This document shows, in pieces, positions 39,339-48,765 of a DNA stretch of 64,000 nucleotides. The stretch's first letter is position 1. Each line of letters opens with the position of its first letter. The notes beneath the pieces are model-generated. The model saw only the letters and a program-made list of their open reading frames with translations. It searched no databases and was not told where the DNA came from. Location of the stretch: positions 211,102 to 275,101 of the IMG/VR virus record IMGVR_UViG_3300029258_002750; one strand, written 5' to 3'. The translations under genes and the position numbers were made by a program.

Positions 39339-39518
39339 ATGGCGATCAAGATCACTCTCGTTGACGTAGACGACTCCGAAGTCTACTTCGCCAACACCAC
39401 ACTGGTGACACTCGTGGGCGGAGCTACGAAGGCTGCTTCTGATCTAGCGGAGGACGATCAAATCGTCCTTGCGCTCGCCGGAGAGGTAAAAGTGGCGACC
39501 GTTGAGGAGATCGAGTAA
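39339..39518 (+). CDS. 59-aa protein resembling half a Hint domain (not in ORF track)
   Basis: MAIKITLVDVDDSEVYFANTTLVTLVGGATKAASDLAEDDQIVLALAGEVKVATVEEIE; TAATG coupling to the next gene. Confidence 0.75.
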   Translation: MAIKITLVDVDDSEVYFANTTLVTLVGGATKAASDLAEDDQIVLALAGEVKVATVEEIE

Positions 39519-40978
39519 TGGCGCTTCCGCCTGTCCTGTTCGCTCGGCTCGAAAACGGCGGCGGAGAGGCCACCGGCTACCGATTGCTCGCCGGAACCGC
39601 GCTGTCTGAGATCCCAGACGACAACGTGGACATCGGCTCGGCCCAAGGCGAGAGCGGGCTGAACTACCAGTATCAGCGGAAGCCGCTGAACCACATGGTC
39701 CGGTTTGGGAACAAGGTGTTCGTCTGGGTCAAGAACATCATCTACAGCATCAACACCGCAACCGACTCTTGGGACGTTGCGCACACCACGACCATAGGCA
39801 CGCCCAACTCCGACCACTCCGGCCTGTACCACATCGAGATCAACGGTGTTCCTTCACTGATCGGGTTCTACGGCGCCAACGTGGTCCTCATGTACAACGG
39901 CAACACGGATTCGTGGTCTGAGACCACCTTGCCTTTGTCCGTGGTATCCCCCAGTCAGTCGGAGGTCTTCATCTACAGGAACGTCGTCTTCTGCGCTAGC
40001 TCCGGCGGCGGCACCTACGTCTGGTGGTGGGATCCTTCAGGGTCGTCACTGGGCACGCAGAACTTGTCGCCATCTGGTGTGTCCTTCGCGGTGCACAAGG
40101 GCGTTCTCTACATGCTCTTGTACTTCCACACGAGTCCTACGCAGCCCCACATGTACCGCTTCACCGGTGCAGGCTGGACCTCGTCTGGCCTCGCCTACAT
40201 CGGCGTTAACTCCAACCCGGGCGGCGTCCGTGTCGAGCACATCTATGCGAACAGTCCTGACGAGAAGATGCCTGAACTGGTAGACATCGATGGCAAGCTC
40301 TACGCCTTCGTGTGGGGCCGCCTGACGGGCTCGGGCGACCTCTACAGCCACCTGGAAATCTACGAGTACGACGCCACGGGCGACTATATCGACATGAGCA
40401 CCGACGAGGTCAGGATCACCACGTCGGTCAGTCCATTCCAGTCTTCCAGTAGCGGCCTTCACCATCCCAGCATTCACGTCTTCCAAGACTTCGACACGGA
40501 CCCGACCAACCCAGAGACATATTTCTTCATCAACGGTCGTCGCGACCAAGACTCTTGGGTGACCTACAAGTGGAACGGTCCTAGCAGTTTGATGACCTAT
40601 GTGGGCGCCATCGGTGCATGGGGGCTCGCTCCATCGCAGTCGAAGGATGGCGGAGGACAGCGCGTCTGGACCGAGGGTGTACCGAACGTCCAGATCACCG
40701 GCATCACGAAGAGTTCAGACGGGATGACGATCTCGTTCAAGGCGTATGGCGGTGATACCGGCAAGATCGTCAAGATCTACGTGAACGGGCAGGAGGGTCC
40801 GCCGACCGCCCTGGCGACCCTGACCGGGACGGCGACGGGCGGCAGCGCAACCAGAAACGGGAACCAGGTCGAGAACATCAGCGCCGACGGTTCAACTACG
40901 TATACCGTCGGCTGGGACTTCTTCTCCGACGGGCTGTCGATTGGTCAGTACGCCAACCTCGCGCCCAGGATCGAGTAG
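39518..40978 (+). CDS. Putative receptor-binding protein D (beta-propeller-like plus conserved C-terminal Ig-like domain)
   Basis: Paralog of 41080; PNVQITG...ISFKAYGG...TGGSATRNGN...WDFF. Confidence 0.7.
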   Translation: MALPPVLFARLENGGGEATGYRLLAGTALSEIPDDNVDIGSAQGESGLNYQYQRKPLNHMVRFGNKVFVWVKNIIYSINTATDSWDVAHTTTIGTPNSDHSGLYHIEINGVPSLIGFYGANVVLMYNGNTDSWSETTLPLSVVSPSQSEVFIYRNVVFCASSGGGTYVWWWDPSGSSLGTQNLSPSGVSFAVHKGVLYMLLYFHTSPTQPHMYRFTGAGWTSSGLAYIGVNSNPGGVRVEHIYANSPDEKMPELVDIDGKLYAFVWGRLTGSGDLYSHLEIYEYDATGDYIDMSTDEVRITTSVSPFQSSSSGLHHPSIHVFQDFDTDPTNPETYFFINGRRDQDSWVTYKWNGPSSLMTYVGAIGAWGLAPSQSKDGGGQRVWTEGVPNVQITGITKSSDGMTISFKAYGGDTGKIVKIYVNGQEGPPTALATLTGTATGGSATRNGNQVENISADGSTTYTVGWDFFSDGLSIGQYANLAPRIE

Positions 40979-40989
40979 AAGCGACCGTA

Positions 40990-41076
40990 ATGGGGCGGAA
41001 GATCACTCTTACTGGTGGAGTCAAAATGCACGCCACGGATCAGGGAACACCGGACAGGGCTAGGATCGAGGAGTAG
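40990..41076 (+). pseudogene. Internally deleted remnant of the half-Hint-like gene (28 aa)
   Basis: MGRKITLTGGVKMHATDQ...IEE matches KLTLEGGAEMTASDQ...VEE of 39166. Confidence 0.6.
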
Positions 41077-41079
41077 ACG

Positions 41080-42552
41080 ATGGCTGCCCCACCTTATCTT
41101 TGCTCTCGCAGGTATGGAGGTACCAGTCCGCAGGTTTACCGGGCATTGAACGGTAAGACGCTCTCGCAGGTAGGGAACAACTTCGGGACGCTGGAAGATC
41201 TCGGGGCAGTCGTCTTCCCCTGCAACAGCGTTGTGGAGTTTGGCGGTGATCTGTACTGCTGGCAGTGGAACACGATCTACAAGTACAACTCCGGGACCGG
41301 CAACTGGGACTCCGACTACGCAGTTCCTTCCTACGACACAGGTGACGACGAGAGGCGAACAGGTCTCTACATCATCAACGTGAGTGGCACTCCTACCTTG
41401 ATCGGACTGCACCGCCGGTCGGCCGGAAACATCTGGGACGTGCGCCTTCCTCTCGGAGGCTCGTGGAGCAACAACAACACCGGCATTGACGAGATCGGCG
41501 GGGATCTCTTCCGAATGGGTTACATCGGCGGGTGTTTCGTCTGGCGGGACCTCTTCTGGATGGTTGGCTCTCAAAATCCACCCAAGGTCATGTCCTGGGA
41601 TCCTGCGAATAGCGTCGCAGTTGTCCACACGCTTCCAGGCACATCTGGCTCTACGTGCGGAGGCACCGCCAGCACATTCGTAATTCTCAACAACGACCTC
41701 TACGTGATAGGGGCCAGGACCATCAACAACGCAGAGGACTACATCACCCTCTGGCGGTTTCAATCGGGAGCGTTCGTTGCGGTTCAGAACATCGGGTCCA
41801 CTGTCGTAGGCACTGGTCTGTTGAGAGGAAACGGCTCCAATCCGAACAGAGACCACTACGCGGCTTGGTCAGACGGGACGAACATCTTTTGTATTGTGCG
41901 CGGAGCTAGCACCAGCGTGTCTACCGGCGGGCTCTATGCCTTCAAACTGGCGCCAAGCGGCTCGACGTTCACCGAGACGAACATCACCAACCCTGTGGTC
42001 CCAAGCGCGTATCGCCAGGGTAGTATGCAAGCAACCGACTACCCCAGGTGGTGGGTAGTCAAGGACAACGACACAGATCCCACGAGCCCAGACGTCTACT
42101 TCTATTTCTCGCTCAACTACGGTTCGGCTGCCGTCCTGCACTATGTGTGGGAAGGCGAATCAACGCTGATGAGCGACGGGACATCGCTCGGTTCTGGCGA
42201 GCTTTCCATGCCGGACGCGAACCAGACGGCTGGCGAGCGTGCCTGGACCAGCAGCGAACCGAACGTCCTGATTACAGGTCTCGCTCAAGGCACTGGCGGG
42301 CTGACCATCTCGTTCAAAGCCTGGGGCGGCGGGACCAAGACGGTCAAGTTCTATTACTCCCTTGAAGAGGAGACCCCCACGTCTCAATGCACCCTGACCG
42401 GGTCTGCAACCGGAGGGTCAGCGACGAGGAGCGGTAATACGGTCACCAACGTGAGCGCGGACGGAGCTACGACCTATACGATCACCTGGGACTTCTTTAC
42501 GGACGGCGCCTTCATCGGCGGACGGTTCGAGGTTCTGTCTTACATCGAGTAG
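41080..42552 (+). CDS. Putative receptor-binding protein D' (paralog of 39518)
   Basis: GLY.I...G.P.LIG, D.DTDPT.P..YF, highly similar C-domain. Confidence 0.7.
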   Translation: MAAPPYLCSRRYGGTSPQVYRALNGKTLSQVGNNFGTLEDLGAVVFPCNSVVEFGGDLYCWQWNTIYKYNSGTGNWDSDYAVPSYDTGDDERRTGLYIINVSGTPTLIGLHRRSAGNIWDVRLPLGGSWSNNNTGIDEIGGDLFRMGYIGGCFVWRDLFWMVGSQNPPKVMSWDPANSVAVVHTLPGTSGSTCGGTASTFVILNNDLYVIGARTINNAEDYITLWRFQSGAFVAVQNIGSTVVGTGLLRGNGSNPNRDHYAAWSDGTNIFCIVRGASTSVSTGGLYAFKLAPSGSTFTETNITNPVVPSAYRQGSMQATDYPRWWVVKDNDTDPTSPDVYFYFSLNYGSAAVLHYVWEGESTLMSDGTSLGSGELSMPDANQTAGERAWTSSEPNVLITGLAQGTGGLTISFKAWGGGTKTVKFYYSLEEETPTSQCTLTGSATGGSATRSGNTVTNVSADGATTYTITWDFFTDGAFIGGRFEVLSYIE

Positions 42553-42555
42553 GTT

Positions 42556-43209
42556 GTGGGCAACGCCGGATCCAGGGCAGGCGGATTTGCAGACGGGTCT
42601 CGGACTAGTGGTGCCGGATCCAGGGCAGGCGGTGCTCTAGAGTCGACCTGGGCCGAAGGGCCTCCCGTCTCCGTGTTGGCGGATACGGTCGGTGCGGTCG
42701 ACTACGCGCAAGGGCCTCCGGCGTATACCTTGGTCGACACGGTCGGCGCAGTTGACTACGCGCAAGGCCCTCCCGTCAGCGCCGAGTTGGACGCCGACGT
42801 TGACCCCACCGGGAAGATGCTGGCACCTGGATCGGTGCTCACGGCCATCGGTACTAGCAAGATCGGCGGCAAGGACAACGTTGATCTCACGGCTGAAGGC
42901 ATTCACCATCTCTTTACCGCAGGGGAAGACCAGACGGCGATCATCCGCTACCTGGTGATCCGCTGCAAATCGGCGACGGGTATCTCGGTTCCGGCCAAGG
43001 TGGGATTGGGAACGAACACGGGAGAAGACAACATCTTCACCCCTCGCCGCCTCTACGGTCTGACCGCGTCCGGCCTGGCCTACGTCTTCGCGGCCGATGG
43101 AGGAGGTAGTCGCGTCGGTTCCCTTGTATCCATTAGACTAGGGGTCGATGAGGGGGCGACGGGCACCTCCCAGCTCGCCGACGTTGACCTGATGGGATAC
43201 GTGTTCTGA
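42556..43209 (+). CDS. Virion protein C' with N-terminal peptide repeats
   Basis: AGSRAGG twice, GPP....DTVGAVDYA twice; C-domain like 38741. Confidence 0.7.
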   Translation: MGNAGSRAGGFADGSRTSGAGSRAGGALESTWAEGPPVSVLADTVGAVDYAQGPPAYTLVDTVGAVDYAQGPPVSAELDADVDPTGKMLAPGSVLTAIGTSKIGGKDNVDLTAEGIHHLFTAGEDQTAIIRYLVIRCKSATGISVPAKVGLGTNTGEDNIFTPRRLYGLTASGLAYVFAADGGGSRVGSLVSIRLGVDEGATGTSQLADVDLMGYVF

Positions 43210-45413
43210 TGGCAACTCGCGCACCATACGGACCGGACACGTCGGACGGCTACTCGGCTCCGCTGGAGCCGACCGACACGCTCACCAACGTCGCGACGTT
43301 AGAGCGCGGCGCCTCGGGAGCCGTCTCCCTCTACGAGGACGCTGACGTCACCTCGCTCACCCTCGGAGGGGGGACGAACTACGCCGGTCTGACGATCGGC
43401 AAGGCCAACGTCGCCGACAAGTTCGCAGGTGGGCTCCACATCGGCACTACCTCGGGGGCTCTGAGTACCGGGGACCTGGTCGTCGGCCTGGCCAGCGCTG
43501 CCCGGTTCGCCTTCGACCAGAGCCAGGCGCTCGCCGGGGTCTACAGCTCCGGCGAGGTCTTCAACATCGCGCTCGACGGAGAGAACGCCGAGATCGACGT
43601 GGGCTGGGTCACAGACGCGGGCTCCAGGCTCGCGGCAGGCGGCCTGACCGGCAACGCGGCCTCGACCACCGACACAGCTGGGCAAGCGCTCGGTGTGACG
43701 GCCGGAGCTGGCAACGGGACCGGAGCTGGGGGAGCCGCTGGTCTGACTGGGGGCCAGGGCGGGGCTACGGGCACCGGCGGCGCGATCACGCTCACCTCAG
43801 GGGCCGGGGGCAGCACCTCCGGCGGCTCGGGTAACATAACTATCGATGCTGGAGGAGTTACCAGCGGTACCGAGGGCACGGTCTACATCGGCGGGACCAA
43901 TGCGACCAAGCTCGAGCTGGGCCGCAGCGGCCAGACAACCGAGGTCATGGGCAACCTCACGGTCTCTGGCACAACGACCACGATCTCGACCGCGAACCTC
44001 GCCGTCTCCGACGAGCTGATCATCCTCAACGACGGGAACGACGGCAACGAGGCGGGGGTCGCATTCGAGCGCGGTGTGACCGGCGACGACGCCCTCATCC
44101 TCTGGAACGAGGTCAACGACCGCTTTGAGCTGGGCCTGTTCGATACCAGCGGGGGGACGACGCCTCCCACGGGGGCACTGTCAGCGCTGACCGATCTCCG
44201 ATGCGGCGATCTGCTGATCGGGTCGGCTACCGCTGCCACGAACGCCGCTGTGTCCGTTGGCGTGAACTCGTCTAGCAGTCGGGAAGCCTGGCTGAATCTG
44301 ATTGGGGACGACACCTACTCCTCGTACGGGCTGAGGATCGGACGATACGGCGGTGGCCCGAACACGAACTCCGAGATCTCCCACAGAGGTACCGGGGATC
44401 TGACGATCGCAACTGGCGAAGCGGGCGCGATCGTCCTGAAGACCACCTCGACGACGAGGGCGACTATCGCAGCTGGCGGCGATGTCGCGATCGGACCTGC
44501 CGCTCCCGGTACGACCGCATACAGCAAGCTAGAGATCAACGGCAGCGACGCCAGTGCGGACGGACCGCACCAGACGTTCGTCACCGGGGCCGATGTCTAT
44601 CCGCTGATGCAGGTCTTCACGTGGCAGCACGACAACATGGACGTCTCCTTCGACGCCTACTACAACGGCGCGTGGAGATCGTCGGACGCTGGGAGCAACT
44701 TCCAGATCAGGAAGCAAAGCGACCAGCTCTTGATCAACTACGAGTCCGGTATCGCCCAGGGCAGCGTTGTCACGTGGGATACCGCCCTCACGCTCACTGC
44801 GGCCGGTGCGTTGACGCTTACGTCGCCCAGCGGTGTGGATCTGACACTCGGCGCACGCGGCAGCTCCATCACGCTCAACGAGTCCGGCCAGGAGGCGCTA
44901 TCCGGCTTCACCGCCACGAGCATCGTTGGCGCTCTGAACGAGTCCCTGACGGAAGCGATTCAGGCGCAGAGCCAGATGGGCTTCGGCGTCTTTGACATCA
45001 TCTCGACCTCCGGTGTGGACGCGGACACCGTGTACGACGCGACCGACTTCCAGGTCTACGATGAGTTCGAGTCCACGGTCGCTGGTGGACGGGTGGATGC
45101 CTACTACGAGGCTAGGCTTGATACTCGACAGACGACGATCAGCGACATCAAGATCCCGATCAAGGGGACCTCAGGATCGGAGATCCTGGTCGACGTGCGC
45201 ATGGACGGTGCCAGCGGATCGAACCAGTACACGGGCACCTACGGGACGAAGCAGACGGCGCCTACTTCGAGGACATTAGTTACGATCGATGGCTCCAGCG
45301 ACCTGTCGGAAGACCAGCCCACGGGAGAGAAGAGAGTCATCGTGAAGGTGGAGGCTTACATCGACGCTGGCGAGACCCTCTACGTGGGGCGGCCCTTCCT
45401 GAAGGCGGTGTAG
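43209..45413 (+). CDS. Long fibre protein B' with C-terminal module Z
   Basis: VSGTTTTISTANLAVSDELIIL..ERG..WNEVNDRFELGLF; ends ETLYVGRPFLKAV. Confidence 0.75.
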   Translation: MATRAPYGPDTSDGYSAPLEPTDTLTNVATLERGASGAVSLYEDADVTSLTLGGGTNYAGLTIGKANVADKFAGGLHIGTTSGALSTGDLVVGLASAARFAFDQSQALAGVYSSGEVFNIALDGENAEIDVGWVTDAGSRLAAGGLTGNAASTTDTAGQALGVTAGAGNGTGAGGAAGLTGGQGGATGTGGAITLTSGAGGSTSGGSGNITIDAGGVTSGTEGTVYIGGTNATKLELGRSGQTTEVMGNLTVSGTTTTISTANLAVSDELIILNDGNDGNEAGVAFERGVTGDDALILWNEVNDRFELGLFDTSGGTTPPTGALSALTDLRCGDLLIGSATAATNAAVSVGVNSSSSREAWLNLIGDDTYSSYGLRIGRYGGGPNTNSEISHRGTGDLTIATGEAGAIVLKTTSTTRATIAAGGDVAIGPAAPGTTAYSKLEINGSDASADGPHQTFVTGADVYPLMQVFTWQHDNMDVSFDAYYNGAWRSSDAGSNFQIRKQSDQLLINYESGIAQGSVVTWDTALTLTAAGALTLTSPSGVDLTLGARGSSITLNESGQEALSGFTATSIVGALNESLTEAIQAQSQMGFGVFDIISTSGVDADTVYDATDFQVYDEFESTVAGGRVDAYYEARLDTRQTTISDIKIPIKGTSGSEILVDVRMDGASGSNQYTGTYGTKQTAPTSRTLVTIDGSSDLSEDQPTGEKRVIVKVEAYIDAGETLYVGRPFLKAV

Positions 45414-45414
45414 C

Positions 45415-45888
45415 GTGTCGCGGAACATGGACATCTACCAGACCGAGGCCGAGCACGCGTTAATCGAGCACACGACGCTCCCCGGCGTCGCCACGTGCCA
45501 GATCGGGTTCGGTTTCGACGCGACGCCGATGACTCCGCTGGACTTTACCGGCCCGGCTGTCCAGACTCCAACCCGCATTCCCTGGGGCGGCGCGCATCCC
45601 GGCTTCCCAGCTGACCACCCGGTTCCGATCACCGGCTTCATTGTGGGCTGTGCCTGGGTCGTGACGGCCCCAGATCCCTCGAACATCTTCCAGCTCTGGA
45701 AGACTGTTGCTGCAACCCCGGCTCCGTTCGGTCTCCCTCTTCCGGTGGTCGGTACGAACCCGCAAGCCTACACGCCGCTGGCTGGCTACCCGGTCACGGC
45801 CGGTGAGGCGGTGTCGCTCCAGTGGGCAGCCGGAACAGGGCCGCCGCCTGGGCTCAGTAGCTTCGTCTTCTTCATCGTGGGGGCGTAG
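45415..45888 (+). CDS. Pro-rich hypothetical virion protein
   Basis: Fills the operon; start uncertain (GTG45415 or ATG45427). Confidence 0.65.
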   Translation: MSRNMDIYQTEAEHALIEHTTLPGVATCQIGFGFDATPMTPLDFTGPAVQTPTRIPWGGAHPGFPADHPVPITGFIVGCAWVVTAPDPSNIFQLWKTVAATPAPFGLPLPVVGTNPQAYTPLAGYPVTAGEAVSLQWAAGTGPPPGLSSFVFFIVGA

Positions 45889-45891
45889 ATC

Positions 45892-47586
45892 ATGCCGAGA
45901 CTGATCCAAGACGGCGAGGTTCCTGGTGGGGGAGGCGGCGGGTCTGTCACCGGCACGATCTCGAAGCAGATCCCGTTTGTCGAGGACTGGGGTACCGGAC
46001 CCACGGCCGGGACGAAGGGCAACTTCGACACGCTCGACTTCGATCCAGATACCGACAACGGAGTCAAGTTCGACTTCAAGGTCCCGGACGACTACGACTC
46101 GGGCGACCTGACCCTGAGCATTACCTACGCGATGGCGACGTCCGTCTCTTCGCCGAACAACCAGATCCGGCTCGAGTGGGAAGCCGACATCATCGACGTG
46201 TCGGACAACTCCATCGACACGGGCACATACACGGCCGCAGGGGTCACGCTCACGGTTCGCGAGGACCAGAACCCGGACCGGACGAGCGCAGCCTCGATCG
46301 TGATCGACGCAGTCGACTTCCAGGCGGGAGATACGATCCAGATTCGCCTGAAGCGCGATGCCGATCACGGGGACGACGACCACACCGGCAACTGGCAGGT
46401 CATCGGCTTCGACTTCTCCTACACCGGCCAGGTCGGCACGCGGAACCACTTCCAGCACATCCAGCTCTTCGCCGACACCGATGAGACGGCCCCGGCGTCT
46501 GGGACCAAGGGCAACTTCAACACCCTGGACTACAGTGCCGGAGCGGCCGACAACGAGCAGAAGTTCGAGTGCATGGTGCCCGAACACTGGGACGGGATGT
46601 CGGACCTGCACATTCGACTGACCTACGCCCTCGACACGGGCACGGGCGGTGACGTCGTTCTCGAGACCGAGGGCAGTATTGCCGACGTCTCGGGCAACGA
46701 CGTGGACACGATCGCGGTCCAGAAGTTCATCCTGACCTGCGCGGCCAGTACGAATCCGTACCGCTCTGTTGTGATCCGCTCGATCAGCGCGAACGACATC
46801 GGAGCTGGCGACACACTGGTCATCAAGCTCGCGCGGCGGGCGTTCTCAGACCCCGACGACACGGCAGACAGTGACGTCTTCCAGGTGATCAACGCCACGG
46901 TCGTGACCGGCGTCGGCCCATCGACCGGCTTCGACGTAATCTCCATTTCGGAGGGCTACCTGAGCGAGACGGACTTCGCTCAGATCAGCGGCTCTGCCAG
47001 CGCGGATAAGGAGCCTGCCCAACTCGACGTTGACTTCGAGCAGTGGTTCTACGGGCGTGCTGCGAGCGGCTCATCGAACCGTGTGAACATCTCGTGGGCA
47101 GGGCGTATGGCTCTGACCCAGACGACGGTCAAGCAGATCAAGATCCCTGTGCAGGCTCCCACAAAGATCGTTCACGGTTCGGTCACGAGCGGACCCTTCT
47201 TGGTCGGTGAGACCGTTACCGGAACGACTGGTAGCGGGGTCGTTGTCGAGGTCGGCTCGCTTCACCTCTGGATGGTCGACATTAGCGGCTCGTTCACAGG
47301 GACGCTAAACGGCGGTACGAGTGGCGCTCAGGCCAGCTACACGAGTACCGGCACACGTGGTGAGTATCAGCTGAAGGTCTACACGGAGGGCAACGGTGAT
47401 ACGAACCAGTACGGGGCGTCGTCGTTGACAACCGGACCTACGAGCAGGACTGAGATCACATTGACCGACACAGACCTCACAGACGCGACACCTTCGGGAG
47501 ATGGCCGGTTCCATGTTGTCATGGAGATCACCGTGGACGCCGACGAGTGGGTTCGCGTTGGACGACCGTTCGTGAAGCAGGAGTAG
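45892..47586 (+). CDS. Virion appendage protein A' (paralog of 33028)
   Basis: GTKGNF.TLD twice, F.VPDDY / VPEHW domains; ends EWVRVGRPFVKQE. Confidence 0.75.
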   Translation: MPRLIQDGEVPGGGGGGSVTGTISKQIPFVEDWGTGPTAGTKGNFDTLDFDPDTDNGVKFDFKVPDDYDSGDLTLSITYAMATSVSSPNNQIRLEWEADIIDVSDNSIDTGTYTAAGVTLTVREDQNPDRTSAASIVIDAVDFQAGDTIQIRLKRDADHGDDDHTGNWQVIGFDFSYTGQVGTRNHFQHIQLFADTDETAPASGTKGNFNTLDYSAGAADNEQKFECMVPEHWDGMSDLHIRLTYALDTGTGGDVVLETEGSIADVSGNDVDTIAVQKFILTCAASTNPYRSVVIRSISANDIGAGDTLVIKLARRAFSDPDDTADSDVFQVINATVVTGVGPSTGFDVISISEGYLSETDFAQISGSASADKEPAQLDVDFEQWFYGRAASGSSNRVNISWAGRMALTQTTVKQIKIPVQAPTKIVHGSVTSGPFLVGETVTGTTGSGVVVEVGSLHLWMVDISGSFTGTLNGGTSGAQASYTSTGTRGEYQLKVYTEGNGDTNQYGASSLTTGPTSRTEITLTDTDLTDATPSGDGRFHVVMEITVDADEWVRVGRPFVKQE

Positions 47587-47590
47587 GACG

Positions 47591-48757
47591 ATGCCCAGCT
47601 TTATTGACAAAGGGAAGACGCCTGTTGAGAGTATCGCCCTATCCTCCGCTTTCAACTTCGGCAGCGGTTCTCTCGGGGATGTCGTCATCGGTCCCGGAGC
47701 GACTGCGTCCACAGAGACGTCCGGCATCAAGGACTACAACAGCCTGATTGTTAGGACGGGCTACTACTTAGCAGCTACTGCCGGTCAGAAGCTGGTCGTC
47801 AAGACGCTCGGGAATATCCTGATCAAAGGTACTGGAGCGATCCATGCTGACGGTCGTGGTTCGGCTGCGGGTGCAGGAGGCACCGGCTCTGGCGGTGATA
47901 CTGCCGGATCAGATCCCGGTGATCCGGGCGGTGATTCGGCAGACGTCGTCGATGGTCTTACGGCCTCTGCTGGCGGCGGCAGCGGGGGTGGTGGCGGATT
48001 AGGGGTGGGAGGCTCTGTCGGAACTAGTGGGGACGGTGGCGACGGAGGGTCTCGATCCTCAGTGATTCTGGACGGCACTGGAGGTTCCACTGGAGGGACC
48101 GGCGTTGGATCTGGTGGTTCAGGTAACCAGGCCGCCGCGATCTCCGCATACGACAGTACCATCAAAGCTCGGATGCTGACTAACTGGCTAGAGAATCGAG
48201 TACTGTTCCACCAAGGACAGGGTGGTGGCGGAGGTGGAGGTGGTTCTGGTGCTTCGAGACAGAACACTGGAACGACCGCAGACGCTGACGGCGGAGACGC
48301 TGGCGGACAGACCGGGGCTGACGTAGGTCACGGCGAGGACGGAGACGTAGGGCCAAGTGATGGCACTCTCTCCTCGGGTGGCGGAGGAGGAGGAGGAGGA
48401 GCTGGTGGAGGGTTTCTCGAAGTCTGGTGTCGAGGTGATCTGGAGATCGAGACCTCTGGCCAAGGTCGGATTTCAGCCAACGGCGGAGACGGCGGTGCTG
48501 GGGGCAGCTCGTCTGCTGGTGGTGATCCTGTCTGCGGCGGAGGTGGTGGCGGAGGTGGCTCTGGCGGCGGCGGAGGTCATGTGTTGGTCGTCTACGCTGG
48601 TAGCGGAACGAACTTGGTAGTTGGCACTGATGTTACTGCGGACGGCGGTGGTTTCGGGGCGGCTGGGAGCGGTGCCGGTGGCTCGGAGGCAACCGGCGGC
48701 GATGGTGCCGCCGGTCGACCAGGTGAAGACGGTTGGGTAGCCGTCTTCCAGGTATAG
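47591..48757 (+). CDS. Glycine-rich adhesin-like protein
   Basis: FGSGSLGDV N-domain, I.ADG.G, poly-Gly runs; paralog of 50029. Confidence 0.7.
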   Translation: MPSFIDKGKTPVESIALSSAFNFGSGSLGDVVIGPGATASTETSGIKDYNSLIVRTGYYLAATAGQKLVVKTLGNILIKGTGAIHADGRGSAAGAGGTGSGGDTAGSDPGDPGGDSADVVDGLTASAGGGSGGGGGLGVGGSVGTSGDGGDGGSRSSVILDGTGGSTGGTGVGSGGSGNQAAAISAYDSTIKARMLTNWLENRVLFHQGQGGGGGGGGSGASRQNTGTTADADGGDAGGQTGADVGHGEDGDVGPSDGTLSSGGGGGGGGAGGGFLEVWCRGDLEIETSGQGRISANGGDGGAGGSSSAGGDPVCGGGGGGGGSGGGGGHVLVVYAGSGTNLVVGTDVTADGGGFGAAGSGAGGSEATGGDGAAGRPGEDGWVAVFQV

Positions 48758-48765
48758 GAGCTAAC

